Below, in pieces: positions 26,331 to 40,175 of a DNA stretch of 64,000 nucleotides. Source of the stretch: Cycas panzhihuaensis (taxonomy: Eukaryota; Plantae; Cycadophyta); assembly GCA_023213395.1 (NCBI GenBank), contig CM041465.1, positions 107,081,741 through 107,145,740 on the forward strand, in the 5' to 3' direction. Numbering within the stretch: the first letter of the stretch is position 1; each line of letters begins with the position of its first letter. The notes under the pieces were generated by a model. It saw only the letters and a program-made list of their open reading frames with translations. It searched no databases and was not told where the DNA came from. The position numbers and the translations under genes are program-made.

Positions 26331-26949
26331 ATCTGACCTGAAGATTTTGGCCCTTCCTACCCAATTGTGTTCAATTCTCCCTCACTCCTTCCTTGCCTTA
26401 AGGGTGCACTTTATGGGCTTTCTTCCACAAATGATGAGCTTGAAAACATCTGAGTCATTCTATACAATAGATTTAGCACATAATAATGGGATTCTTTCAC
26501 CTCCACAATGTAACAGTCCCACCCTGCTGTGGTGGTACTATAAACCTCTAAATTGATTGACTTTCTTTCTTCTGTGGTAGTCTACTTTTCTTCAAGTCTA
26601 TGTAGATTCAGAACTTCTTCTTGATTTTTTGTAGGTTTCAATAGTTTGTTCCTCTAATTTTCTTCAAATTTTAGCAAATCTTTAGAATTCATTGAGTCTT
26701 TCTTTTACAGATCTTTAGAATTTAGTAAGTCTTTCTTCGATAAATCTTTAGGATTCTTTTGATTTTCTTTAGATTTTCTTCAGATTTGAAGATTTCTTCA
26801 TGATTTTCTTCAAGTTTTAACAACAAGTTTTCATGATACAATAGATATCTTCTTTGATTTTCTTCATATTTTAACAATTCTTCTTGATTTCTTTTCTGAT
26901 TCTAGTCTTTATCCTATAAATCTTCAAAATAAATTTTCCCAAAATTCTG

Positions 26950-27410
26950 GAAATATTTGTCTTCTTTTAGCCTTAAGTATTGCTAATTTTTTAGCCTTAC
27001 ATCCTGTAACCCTTCATCTTTGTTCAAACTTAAATCTTGTTGGTTTTTCAACCATGAGTCTTACTGATGTTTTAGTAAATATTCATCTCCTTTTAGGCTT
27101 AAACCTTGCTAGTCTTTCAGCCCTGAATCTTGTTGATTTTTTAGCAAATATTCATCTCTTTTCAGGCTTAAACCTTGCTGGTTTTTTAGCCTTGAGTCTT
27201 GCTGATTTTTTATAAATATTCATCTCCTTTTAGGCTTAAACCTTACTAGTTTTTCAGCCTTGAGTCTTGCTAATTTTTAATAAATATTCATCTCCTTTCA
27301 GGCTTAAACCTTGCTGGTTTTTCAATCCTGAGTCTTGCTAATTTTTCAGCAAATATTCGTCTCCTTTCATACTTAAACCTTGTTGGTTTTTTAGCCTTAC
27401 TTCTTGCTGA
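26950..27410 (-). repeat. 68-69 bp tandem repeat (at least 5 copies) in the Gypsy-B leader / gag N-terminus
   Basis: AAATATTC anchors at 27077, 27146, 27214, 27282 and 27351. Confidence 0.9.
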
Positions 27411-27911
27411 CTTTCATCTTCCTTCACAGAAATATGAGAATCATTTATTTACTTCTATGTAGAAATTTAATTTTCTCTCCTTTGTCTGGTTATTTGCATA
27501 ATTCTGGAGGTCTTTACCTTCTTCATGTCTGTCTTGAGACTCTTGCAGGTCTCCCTCTCTCACCTGTCTTAGCTCTTCTTTTTCCTCAGGAATCCTTTTT
27601 TCAGTTTTCTTTTCTTCCTTAGCTATCTCTTGTCCTCTTGGGCCTCCTCTTCTCTGTCATGTCCTGTGCATGCAACTGGGGTTTGGCTTTCTTCCTGTTG
27701 CCCCTTCCCAACTCTTTTCTTCATCGGTTTTCTTGCTACCAACTCCTTGGGTCTGCGCATCTCTTCTTGGCTTTTCTCTGCATATTAGTGTCGACTTCTC
27801 TCTTGTGTTGACTCAACCTTTCTCAACGAGTTGGCACTAGGTGGCATGGATAGCCTTTGATCTTCAACATTTCATTTTTCTTTGGTTAGGAAACCAGCAA
27901 CAGAACCAAGA

Positions 27912-28532
27912 TGTGTGTCTCTCTTCACATCCCTAACTAACATGTAGAATTCACCACAAGAAAAGAGACACAGTATTGGTAGAAACATTAATAACTAACT
28001 TTATCCATGACATAAATGGCACTACATCTGGTCCTCTCATAACTAGATGCATGCCTGAGCAATTACAACTAGAGGACAACCCACACAATGTGTGGATTCC
28101 AACCCAAATCAACCAGATGCATACATAATTGATGGATTATTGAATAGATATCTATTCTATTTCTTTATATACAATTGATACATGGTTATATAACTACTTT
28201 TAATTTCAGTTTTGTCCTATCTTTAACTAATCTACTCGTTGCCCATCTCTTCCTAAGCTGCCCTTGGTCAGCCTGAGTTGCACTTAGGTCTGCTGGTTGC
28301 ACTCTCGACAGTAGTCCTTAGTTGCAGTTATAGTCCTCACAGTTGCAACCGCAATCCTTACAGTTGTAGTCACAGTCCTTATAGTTGCAGTAACAATCTT
28401 TATAGTTGCAGTCGCAGTCCTCATAGTTGTAGCAATAGTCTTCATAGTTGTAGCAACAGTCCTCTCCTTAGTTGTAGTCGCAATCTTAACATTGCTGGTT
28501 GCACCTCAAAATGGCTATTTAGGCCACATACA
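27912..28532 (-). repeat. Gypsy-B 5' LTR with 21-bp tandem array (~28310-28500)
   Basis: Followed on the minus strand by the PBS TGGTTCTGTTGCTGG. Confidence 0.95.
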
Positions 28533-29697
28533 AAACACTAGTTCAGAGATCTTTCCCTTACCCTTCTCATCACATGATGGTTGTAACTCTTTCTTTTTGG
28601 GTTTCATCTTCACTTGCGATGATGTTTTTGTCGTTGTGGGTTGTTGCTTGGGCTTGGGTTTATTGATTGCCTCTTATTGGCGATCTTGATCTAGCCATTT
28701 GAGCTTTCTACCACATGCTTTGGACTATTAGACTTAATAGGGTTGTGAGCTTCCCTATGCTTCCTACATTGGCATCTAAGGATTGTGTCTTCTGCTTAAG
28801 GATTGTATCCCCACATTGGACATGGATATACTTGAGTAGTCTCTTTGACAGGCCAACCCTAACATAGGCCCTAATGTTTGGCCTTAAGGAGAACTCCCTA
28901 TGAGGTTTTGGGGAAACAAAGTCATCTAGTTGTTACGTGAGTTCCTTTATAAAAGGCGAGTAGTGCATCATTAGGCCTAGGACTTCCACCCACATAGGGT
29001 ATTTAAAAGCAACATCCTTAACAATAGAGAAGTCTAGATCCTAGTGGTTAAAAGTAATGAGGTTCCCTAGGCACATCTACGAGTCTCTGTACAACACTTG
29101 TTATAAGTCTTCAAGAGATTTGAAGATGTGAAAAAAAAAAAAAAAGAGATCCCTTGAACATGTTCCAAATGGATATTATTTTCAATTGGAGAACTTTGAT
29201 GGCCAAGTTAGCCTATTGTTGAATGATAGCTTTAAGGGAATTTGACTAACAAGATATGTTATCAAAGTGTGGGAGTAATCTTCTTGTATAGACTTAGAAA
29301 CATCATCGATACTCAAAGAGTCTTTTGGGAAATTTGACTCACCTCACTAAAGACCTTGGGGATGAGTTTCCTTTCTTGCTTTGGCACCATACTCCCCCCG
29401 ACAAACCAAACAAGGAAAACAAAAGTGCTTTGGACTAGTTCACTTCAATCACTCTTGCAAAGGATTGATTGCTTCTTGGGGAAGCCATATAGGCTCTCGA
29501 TTTGAAATAATCTAGCTAATCAACTTCACTAAAAGGACAACCCTTGACTCCACTAAAGGAGTGAGTAGTAGTAATGATTGCTAGAAATTAGTCATGAATG
29601 TAGGGACTTGCAAACCATGACTTCACTTGTGCCCTTTCGAAGATCTCTTGAACAAGCTCTCCCTTCAACTCCAACTTCCCCCTCGTCTTTGAGCTCT
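28533..29697 (-). mobile_element. L1-type LINE, fragment 1 (5' UTR and degenerate ORF1)
   Basis: YPMWVEVLG motif (~28975-29005), as in plant LINE ORF1, plus a degenerate Cys/His knuckle (~28740-28780). Contiguous with fragment 2 across the Gypsy-B insertion. The 5' end is approximate. Confidence 0.65.
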
Positions 29698-30940
29698 GTA
29701 TATATATCATATTGATTATGAAATAATCTTTATTTTTTAAAATTATATTTTTCTTTAAAAATCACAAAAGAAATATTAAAAATAGTAAAGAAGTTATTCT
29801 TTTAAAAATAAATGAGTGAGTTATGTGGGGCCCACTTCCCATGTGGGCCCCACAAATTTTTTGTGTAGGCTTGGAAATGACGTTGATTATAAGGAAATGC
29901 CATTGGAGATATAAGTAAGGACCATGAATGACCCAAAAATATTTTTAGTGGGCCATATTGTTTCTAGGTTGTTTTAAAGTTATTTCCAACTTGTTTTTGT
30001 GTTTCGGTTTAGAGATGGGAAATGACCTTTATTTTTCCATTTTTGGTAACTTAGGTTTTTCATGATACATGCATTTTTATCTGACTTGATATAGGATATG
30101 ACCCCTTTTGTGGAATACCCAAGTATTAAATACATATCAGGTATGGATATAGGGTTGTATATGGAATGTCTTGTAAGATAGTTATCCCAAGATGTGGGTA
30201 GAGTTTACCTTTATGGAGATTGATCTCATGACCATTAGTTGACAAATATGGCACGAATATAATTATTTATAAAAACCCATTGTCTTTTAGTTTTAAGGCA
30301 ATGCAAGTTTGACAACTAGAACCAATCAACAATTGGCTTGCATTTGATAATGAAGTTAATCATTGTCTAAATGTTTTAATGAAAGCATGTTCATTAGGAT
30401 CTGGACTATATCCTAGGGTGTATCATCCATCTCAAGTGTCTACATTAATATCTTAGTTAAAGAATTTGTGTCCCTTTTTGTAGGCATTTAAGATGAATAT
30501 TGATGTTAGGTATGTTGCATTGTGACTTAGTGGATTATTTTGAATGTATCTTGTATGATTTTAGGAAAAATAGAGAGAGACCATGCTTCCTTTGTGTTGT
30601 ATGGTGTAAACTTTTCAATCAAAGTTATTGGGTTTGTAAAGTTAGCTAGTCGGATTCATGAACTCATTTCGAATTTGAACCTAGTTTGAGGATGTCTGAT
30701 TGAGTTTGGTTGGGGTCTTGAACTAGGTTCAATAGAACTTAACTAAGTCGAACATGATGAAAGAAATGCCAAAAAAAAAAGATTTTCAAAAGCAAAGGGA
30801 TCATTGGTGGCTTTCAAATTTCAATCAATTGAGAAGTGAAGTTGAGTTATATAAACTTAATTTTAGGGTGTTGAGTTTATTTGAAAAAGTTTTTTTTTTT
30901 TTTTTTCTTTTATAAAATGAGAATTTTGAATTGGCTTTTT

Positions 30941-33900
30941 TGTTTGAATATGTTAATATATCGACTAATGTCAATGTGTGGTATATTTATGTATGGATAA
31001 TATTGGTGGGATATTGGTGAATTGATAGATGTAATTCCTATTATTTAGGACACTTTAGATCTATAAATATAGATCAAAGTCCATATCTTATGTAACATTA
31101 GATTTATAAAAAATATGAATTAATATTATTTGGTGGGTTTTACTCATAAGGGTTTCCCACAACAATTTTGGTGTCTCGTGTGCATTCATTATGCTCAGAT
31201 CTGCTTTGTGTAAAAGATTTTGTCAATCTTCTTGCATATAAGTGTTTCCTAACATGGTATTAGAGCTTGTAGGTTATGCATATGTAGAGAATTATTGTCT
31301 AGATTATTCAATCATTGGTGTTAGGTCATGTTGGCTTGCCCTTTGAGGATTGGCATATCTGATGATTTTGCAGAACTGCCATGGAGGTGCAGATGATCAT
31401 TAGAGGATCTTAGAAGTATTTTGATTTGTGTTTATAGGTATTCTAAACTCTATGGAGGAGTACAGATGAGTTGAAGTTGATTTGTAGCCCTGGTTACTTT
31501 GTTATCAGCCATTTGAGCCTATTGAAGGTGGCAGATCCTTGTTTGAAGGTGCCACTGAGTTTGCAAAGACACAAAGGTATTTTTCATGAGTTTCATAGGT
31601 GTTTGAGGCCTCCTGTGTGTGGAGAGATGTTGTGCACCCCATTACAGATGATTATTAGCTCCCTGTTGATGTTAGATGATCAATGGAAGAGTGTAGAACC
31701 CCAGTGAGCATTTACAAAGCCTGTTAGAGAATAATATGGTCAATATTTATAAAGGTATGCTCATATATACATATATTTTGAAATATATTTAGTCTTCCTT
31801 GTGTTATGTAAGCCTGAATTAATATATTCAGTTCACCCAGTTAATATTTTGTTCGCCTTTTAAAGTATTTGTGTTATAAAGGCCACCCATTTATCATTTG
31901 CAAATCCATTGATAATTGTGTGCATGTATATCATTATTGTGTGTTTATATTTTGGGCACCCTCTTGTGTATTTGTGTGCCCTACATATTAATATAGCTAC
32001 ATGTTTGATGTATACTCTACGTATGTACTGCCTTGCCTACTCCCGTTGATGTATTTTTGCTCTCCCCACCGGCTGTTATATATTTAATTATCACCCGTGT
32101 AGTTTATTATTATATCTATAGTCGCTCGTTCAATGTATAGAGTTGCCTATGATTTTGGAAGTTGTCACCAATATGATGTTGTAGATGTATATGCTTTGCA
32201 GCCTTTATTGAATAAAGTTGCCCATATTTGCAATTTGCAAGTATGATATATTTTGCCCTAAGTCGCCCGTATATATTATGTGACATTTGATAATTTTTAA
32301 CGTCTGTTGATATATTCACTTGCTATGGTTTAATATTCAATCGCTTTTTTGACATGCCTTTGCCATTCAATTTATATAGTAGAAGCCCTTTATTATAAAG
32401 GTTAAAGTGATACTATTACTTTATTTTAAGTAGACGAGTGTATATTTAATGGTGATATATGGCATGCATGAGGCATTGTGTAATTTAATGGCAAAGTGAT
32501 GATTAACAATATGAGGTGACATCAAGTCATGTTGATGTGAGTGTTTTGGCACTCTTAATTGGTGAAGTAGTGGTTGGTGATATGATGTTCTCTTGCATGT
32601 GAGTGCATGAGAGAGCTTGTGAGGCAAAATTGGTGATATGGTTGACTCTCTAGCATGTGATTTATATGGGAGAGTGGGTTGGGTGGCATATGGCAACTTG
32701 GTGCTCATTGGAATGTTATTTACATGAAGGAGCTTTATGGGCAAAGATGTCAAAGCAGTGAATTATTACTAATTGACAGAATGGGCAAGATGAGGTGTCA
32801 AGTTACCTCTTTATATGTGATTTACATAGGGGAGGGATAATAAGCAAAGGATGGGTGAGTGGTCAAGGCACTAAAGTTCACTAATTGGCTATAGGGTGAG
32901 AAAGGTGAGTTAAGCGAGATACCTTAGTTGCAAAGTATTGCAAACTCCATTATTATTGGTTAGTGTGGCATAGATCATTGCACAAGTTCATATATATGTG
33001 ATTTGTTTGAAAGTGAAATGGTGTGTTTTATTCATGTATATTCAAGTTCTGTTACATTAGATGTGTACGAGGTGATAAAAAGTTTAGAATTTATTGTTTG
33101 TATGAGTGGTTATTAGTTATGATAGATTGTTATGCTTTATTAGTTGGACTAATGATACCATGAGGGTTTATGGCCTATTTGACGCTAGTTCAACATATAT
33201 ATGTATTTGAACAAGTCTGATGTGGAACTGAGATAGAGTGTTTGATAAAAATTTGAAGTGTGAATGGAAAGTTCTATGATGAGAAGCCTTAATTTAGCTT
33301 TGCCTTTGTCATGGTATGAAATGAGAGTTGGTTAACTTGTGTACCCCTTTGAGGTTACATTGCAAGTGAATATCATGATGCAGATGGCGAGGTTAGTGCA
33401 TGCTATGGTTTGCCTCCCATAGATTTATGGCAGAAGCTGTTATGGACAGGTATTGGGTACCCTTATTATGGCTGTTTATGGTAGATATTCCCCTCGTGTT
33501 GTGTTTTAGACTAGTCAGAAACCTTCCATTTGTTTCTTTTGGTGCATTGGAGTGCATGAATTTTAGACGAAAATCATAGTAGTAGGATTGCAAAAGTTTG
33601 AAGCCTATGGGGTTGTTTAGCTTACAAATAGTGTGATTTGTAGGGGAATGCATTGTGATTAGTCTAGATATCAAGAGTTGTTGACATATCATGCTGAGTG
33701 TCATCTGATTACATGTTTTATCCTTCATTTCTTCACTTTTTTGAGCCATTATTTAACAGTTGTGGAGGTTTATTTACCTAATATTATGTTTGAGATGGAA
33801 GCAGGACCTAGTGGAAGATTGATGATAAGGAGCCATTGTTTGAAGAGACATGGATTACAACCCCATATTCCATTGATGGTTGAAGACCTGCAGGATGATT

Positions 33901-34266
33901 GAAGATCAATGATCAACATGCCAGTTAAAGCTTGTGATAGACACCAACATTTTAGTGAGTGAAGATTCACAATGGGGAGCTATATTGGAGGAGTGTTATG
34001 TGGGATTTGGGTCCCTTATCTCTAAGGAAAGCTATATTGTTGAAATATGTTAATATACTGACTAATGTCAATGTGTGGTATATTTATGTATGGATAATGT
34101 TGATGGGATATTGGTGAGCCGATAGATGTAATTCCTATTATTTATGACACTTTAGATCTATAAACATAGATCAAAGTTCATATTTTATGTAACATTAAAT
34201 TTGTCAAAAATATGAATCGATATTATATGGTGGGTTTTTAGTCGTAAGGGTTTCTTATAATAAATA
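30941..34266 (+). mobile_element. Degenerate non-autonomous LTR element (Copia-derived?), 3' LTR truncated
   Basis: LTR 30941-31254 followed by Met PBS TGGTATTAGAGC; a second LTR copy at 34038-~34266; only faint coding remnants inside. Confidence 0.8.
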
Positions 34267-34579
34267 TCCTTTGTGGAAGTATGTAATAATTGTTTACTTA
34301 AAGACAAAGGGAGGAGTGGAATTTGCAGAATTCAATGTAACTTTTGCCACTTTTTTTGGTTTATATAGGTATATTCCACATGGTTAAGGCTTATTTATGT
34401 GGTTTGAAGGGGTAGGGGGTTTTAGTTTTCATGAGGATAGATGATGTCCGATGCTAGATTTTTATCAAATGTACATATGAGGTTTAAACGCAAATGCTTG
34501 AGAGTTGCTTCTTTTGTTGTCCTATCATATGGTTTTGTTTAGGGAGGATGCTTTAATACCTCTTCTAGTCCCTTTATGT

Positions 34580-34822
34580 GCTTCATCTTTTGCACCAAAC
34601 TCCAAAATCATTTAGGTAAAGAAGGCATGCAATTGGTGCCATTCCTATACTATAGCTGTTTGAGAATAAGGCTAGGGGGGATTGACCATGTTATTGCAGA
34701 GTGTTTTTCCTTCATTTTTTGCACCCAAATCCAAAATCATTCAAGTGAATGAGGCATGCAATTGGTGTCAAACCTATATTAGAGATGTTTGATATTGAGC
34801 CTAGGAGGAGATTGACCATGTT
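34580..34822. repeat. ~129-bp tandem duplication within the hAT transposase region
   Basis: TTTTGCACC...GGCATGCAATTGGTG...GATTGACCATGTT occurs twice. Confidence 0.8.
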
Positions 34823-35187
34823 TTTATAGTGTTTATATGCATGCAAAATTGCTTTTAATGTGTGGCATGTTCACCATAATTTGGAAAAATGGTTTGTGCT
34901 AGCAATAACTGGCTTATAGAATATGTGCTTCCTTCATATGAGAGGGCTTGTGCTACATTTATGGGGGATGTGAAGGATTGTATGGAGAATGTGGTGGCAT
35001 CTATATGTAGCACATGGGCCATTACGCGAGAAGATGGTGGCACCTATATGTAACACATGGGGCATTGATGGATGCAACATCATCATGGATGATTAGATTG
35101 ATGCATGCAACTGTTGTTTATTAAATTCCATTATTTCTTGTCTTATTACATCTTATTTTTTGAGAGTTATGGATTGTTTAAGTGAGT
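34680..35187 (+). pseudogene. hAT transposase, N-terminal part (DUF659-like)
   Basis: YACKIAFN..., LPSYERA, GCNIIMDD*ID, YFLRVMDCLSE. Confidence 0.75.
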
Positions 35188-38100
35188 TGTGTGTAGATGA
35201 AAATCAAGCTTAAGAGAGAAAATCAAAGTACAATTAGAAGTGTGACCATAATTCTGATTACACCCTAGGTACAACCAAAAACGCAACCAGAGTTTCAATC
35301 GTAGCTCAAGTATGACCAAAAGTTTGATTGGAGATCCAATCGCAATTTAGGTATGACCAAAAGTATAACTAGGACCATAATTACAATTATGATGGAAGGT
35401 GTAATTATTGTTATTGTTAACAAATTATCATTAATGAGTTAGTTGGAAAACGGTTAGGGGGAAAGACTATAAAAGGAGCATTCATATACATAGAAGTGAA
35501 ATATGTGTATGTGAGAGAGAGAGAGAGAGATAGAGAGAGAGTGCATTGGGCTTTCTCTCTTTTCTTCCATTATATCTCTCATTGTGTATTGGGTTGAGGG
35601 TTCTTCATTTGTTGTACTCTGGTTTTGCATTCGACCCTTCTCGAGTCAGTGTAGTCCCCTTCATAGTAATGAAATAAGGTTTGCCTTAATAGATTGTGTG
35701 TATCATGCTTATGCTTCTAGGTCAGTAATGTGATCATTATTCTCTTGTGTGCTCCCTTTTTACATTGGCTTCTATTGGTGGCAAGTAGAGAGGACACATT
35801 TTGGTGTCGTTCTAGTGATTTGAATCCCTAAGAATCTTTTTAGAAAATCATTTATGATGCATATCTAATATGGCTGGGTGATAGAAACAACATACCAAAG
35901 GAGAGTTTTCACCATTATTATGCCAAGAAACAATTATGTTAATATCTAACAAATGGTGATGTTACAGTCAACATGTAATTGATGCTACATTAGTAATTTG
36001 TTGCCTAATCATATTATCAATTAGTGGAGACTAAGTGCCTGGAATATGTTTTAGTCGATCTTTGGAACTGGAAGAAGTTGTTCTTCAAAGTATTATTGAA
36101 GACGAAGACAATTATTTTTCATCTAGAAAGCTTTTAAATAAGGTGGTTGGTAGGTATAATGGAAAGACAAGTATATTTGTCAAAGAAGATTGTTTGCTAA
36201 AAGCTTCATGATCCAATCTACAAGACAATGGTTGTGTGAGCTTATTAGAAAGGAATTCTAAAATTGAAAAATTAAAATTGTGTAAAGTTGAAAGTTTACA
36301 AAGAGAAAAATGGAAAGAAAAGATAAAAATGGGTTGGTTGACATGGCGTAAACATGGAAGGTTGAATCACAACATTTAGAGTAAAGAAATCAAAGTAGAT
36401 AATAATTCTTATTGCTAAAGCATTTGAGGAAGGCATGGTTTTAGGCCATTATATAGCTAGAAATTTGGCCTATATCCATGCCACTGGTAGACTGAATGCA
36501 TGTAGGACCAAGAAGAGATCAAGGCATAATACACTTCCTATTTTTGAGTTACACGAGTTTGCATAAATTGACAAAGGATCATCTATTGGTTGGAGGATGG
36601 AAAATTGACCCAAGACCTAGAAAGGAAAGAGATTTTCAAGATTCTGTTTATATTTCACCCTCTAGATTATCTTTATGATATCTACCTTGAGCTTGAAATG
36701 CCTTAAAGTAGAGTTTGGATTAAAATGTCTTAAAGGGCATAGATTTTTTGAGTTAATGCATGATAAGAGGCTATTTGGGAATTATAGTTGTTCTAGTTCA
36801 AACTTGGACTATATTATCCAATAATTTGATGGAATCAAGGCAAGTTGAAATTGGAGACCTCTCTTATGGAGGGAAATCAGGTTGTTGGCCTAAACTTATT
36901 CAAGCAACCTACAAATTAATCTAAGAATATTTCACCAAGAACTTGGTAGAAGGTCCATGCAGGATTGCAACTAATGATTCTTGTAATGGAGTTAATGCTA
37001 TCATTAAGCTTCATGCGTATATGTATGGTTATACCCTATTATAAGGTAAACAAGTGTAATGCCTTGATCAACATTGCAAACTTGTATATTTTTTCCCTCT
37101 TCTTTAGGGCATTGATCAATGATTGAGCTGATTGATATTTGTACATGGCTAGTTGAAGAATGTTGCTTTTAGGTATAGGCTTGGCCAGTCGAATACTTAA
37201 CATTTTTTATAGCTAGTCATGAATGGGTTATATGTTGAGTAATTTTGAGGTGTGATCTAGATACTTCAGGTTTGTTGTAATGACCTAATATTAATTAGTA
37301 ATGTAAAATTCCCAAATAAGTAGCGATTGCAATAGGAGGCATAGTATAGAAGGAGAAGGTGACTGCAAGGTACAGTTATAAGAGGCAATGGTGGGCAAGT
37401 TTATTTTTTAGCTCTATTTTTTAAGGTTTATTCTTGTCCACAATAGGATTTTGATGGTAGTAACAAGTACATCAATAGCTTCTAGTAACAATAATGATTG
37501 CATTAACTTTCAACAATAACACATCCATTTTCAACACTTGATATATTGTCACAAAATAATCCCCAAGATTTAGTTTTCAGTCAACTGTTATGAACCATGT
37601 ATAAGAGGGATGTCCTAGCAAACCAACGGGCTCAATCGTTGATTACCCATGTGCTCTGTGAGGTGGTCATGTTTTTATGCACTTCGGGTTAATAGGATGA
37701 TGAACTATGTATTCGAGGGACATTGAAGCAATTGGTGAACACAATGGTTGGTTACCTATGCATTCCAGTTGATGTTTGTGTCCTCATATAAACTTCATTC
37801 TCATTGTGGAAAATGTTGAATTGTATCTAACGTGACCATGGTTTATTTAGTCCTTTATATGATAATGTAATTGGATCGTTTTAGTGATGATTGTTAGTTA
37901 TTCTATGACAATTTTTCTATGTAATAGATGGTGTGTATGAGGAACCCAATGATATAGTTGAGTAGGCAGGTTAACATAGCATAAAGAGGCGACTCCCCAA
38001 AATATGGAAGTAGAAAGAGGCAACTTCACAAAACATAAATTTACAAGGTATGTTAAGTGAGGATAAATGACATGTGGGAAAAATATGCCATTAATAGATG

Positions 38101-38885
38101 TTTTAGTAGATTGTGGTCATGCCATGGCATCATTGTTTTACCTAAACAGATATGGTAAGGCTTTCTTAAGAACTGGGTCACTTATATCTTAGAATATTGT
38201 TGATTTCAAAATTTTAGGGGAAAGGAAAGATGGAGAAATTTTTGAAAATTTTGGGGTTAACTTAGGACACTTGATAGTTTTGTGTTAGGGGAGGTGTGTG
38301 GAGGAAAATCAAGCTTAAGATAGCATATCAAAGTACAATCAAAAGTGCAACTAGTATTTTGATCGCAATCCAAGTATAATAAAAAATGTGACCAGAGTTT
38401 CGATCGTAGCTCAGTTATGACTAAAAGTACGATTTGAGATTTGATTATAGTTTATGTATGACCAAAAGTATAACTAGGACCATGATTGAAATTATGACAG
38501 TGGATGTAATTATTATTATTATTAACAAACTATCATTAAAGTGTTAGTTAGGAAATGGTTAACATGAAAGACTGTAAAAGGAGCATTCATGTACATAGAA
38601 GTGGAGTGTGTGTGAGAGAGAAAGAGAGAGTGCATTGGGCTCTCTCCTTTCTTTCTTTGTATCTCTCATTGTGTATTAGGTTGAGGTTTCTTCATTTGTT
38701 GTACTCTAGGCTTGGATCCAACCCTTTTCAAGTTGTTGCAGTCCCCTTCATCTTAATGGAATAAGGTTTGCTTCAATCTATTGTGTGTATTGTGCTTATG
38801 TTTCTAAGTTGGTAATGTGATCATTATTCTCCTATGTGTTCCCTTCCTAGGTTAAGTTCTATTGGTGAAAATCAGAGAGCACACA
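35188..38885 (+). mobile_element. Degenerate non-autonomous gypsy-like LTR element
   Basis: LTRs 35188-35798 and ~38293-38885; TSD TGAGT / TGAGC splitting the hAT transposase frame; PBS TGGTGTCGTT (tRNA-Asp-like, decayed); PPT AGGGGA; RT remnant EEGMVLGHYI at ~36426. Confidence 0.88.
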
Positions 38886-40175
38886 TGAGCAAAAGAATGT
38901 AAATTTTTGGGCCCAAGTATTATTTGTAGCCATTGACAAGGTTGGGTAGGTCAAAGTGGTACATGTTATTACAAGTATTGCTCTAGCTTGCAAAGCTATA
39001 GGTGTGTTGATATATGATAAATACTTTGAAAATTTTTGGACCCTTTATTGTGTGCATGAATTTAATAATGTTTTGAAGTATATTGGTAGAATAGATTGGG
39101 TGGTAAAATTGATTTTAGGTGGGAGAACCATCGACATGTTCATATGCAATCATTATCGAACATATGCAATTTATCACACCATGCATAAGTAGAATTATTT
39201 AAATCAATAGGCACCTGGTTTATATCTTACTTTATTTTCTTGTAATGGCTGGTGGAGGTAGAGAAGGCATTGACATATGATTTTTAACAAATAATTGAGT
39301 GCATGGAAATTGTTGACTTCAGAGCAAGGATTATATATCATCTCATTGTTAGACACCACAGTCTTGATTGATTTTCAATTTTGGTTGTGGTTTTTGGAGT
39401 GAATTTCATATACACTTTGCTTTGCTAATACAAATAGTCCTTGCTTGGAGAGATATTTAATAGTATGAATTTAATATGTGAGAAGACCAAAGCTATAGCT
39501 AATCTTCAAGATGTTGATTTGTACCTTTGTTTACATAGTACCATTCATTAGAGGTGGAATTCCCTCAATACACCACTTCATGTGACATCATATGCTATTA
39601 ATTCAAATTGGTATGGTATAGAGAGAACAAAGATGAGGGCTTTTAATGAGGATTTAGAGGTAGTAGTGGGGTTTATATAGACAATGAAGGACATTTATGG
39701 CATAAGTTAGGATTCTATGAGTATCTAGTAGTAATTTTCAGTATTTATTTATGCATGGGGTGCATTCCAATTTGTGGAGGTTGTATATGACATGAGTTTG
39801 AAGGACCTGACTATTGGTGGATGCTCTAAAGGTATGTGATGCCACAATTGAGGCATTTAACATGATTACTTTCTTAGGTGGCTAGTTGCTTTGTTTGCGA
39901 GAGCAATTAGAGTGCTTATGAATTTTTTTATTCTACTAGGAGAGGTAGATTGAATGTGATGGGGATAAAGAACCTTGTTTACACCCACACCACTTTTTGA
40001 TTCTTGTCTCTTAAGGACAAGGGTTGCATTGAAGGGCTATTCATAGGTTGGGATGTGTCTCCAAAAAACATCACATAGGAGCATAGACATGATGGCACTA
40101 TTGATTTACCCCTACTTGATTTAGAGGAGGATGGCCTTGCATCTTTTGATGTTGATGATGATGATGGTGATTGAG
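38886..40175 (+). pseudogene. hAT transposase, C-terminal part including dimerisation domain
   Basis: DKVG*VKVVHVIT, FWTLYCVH, RWNSLNTPLH, and decayed WW...P.L...CE.NWS.Y...LVY.H motifs. Confidence 0.85.

Larger units (their letters stand above)
21602..28532 (-). mobile_element. Non-autonomous Ty3/gypsy element (Gypsy-B): gag, PR and INT C-terminus, no RT/RH
   Basis: LTR pair 21602-22244 / 27912-28532; PBS at 27894-27908; AAAC on both flanks. Gag, PR and INT-C closely resemble those of Gypsy-C. Confidence 0.93.
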
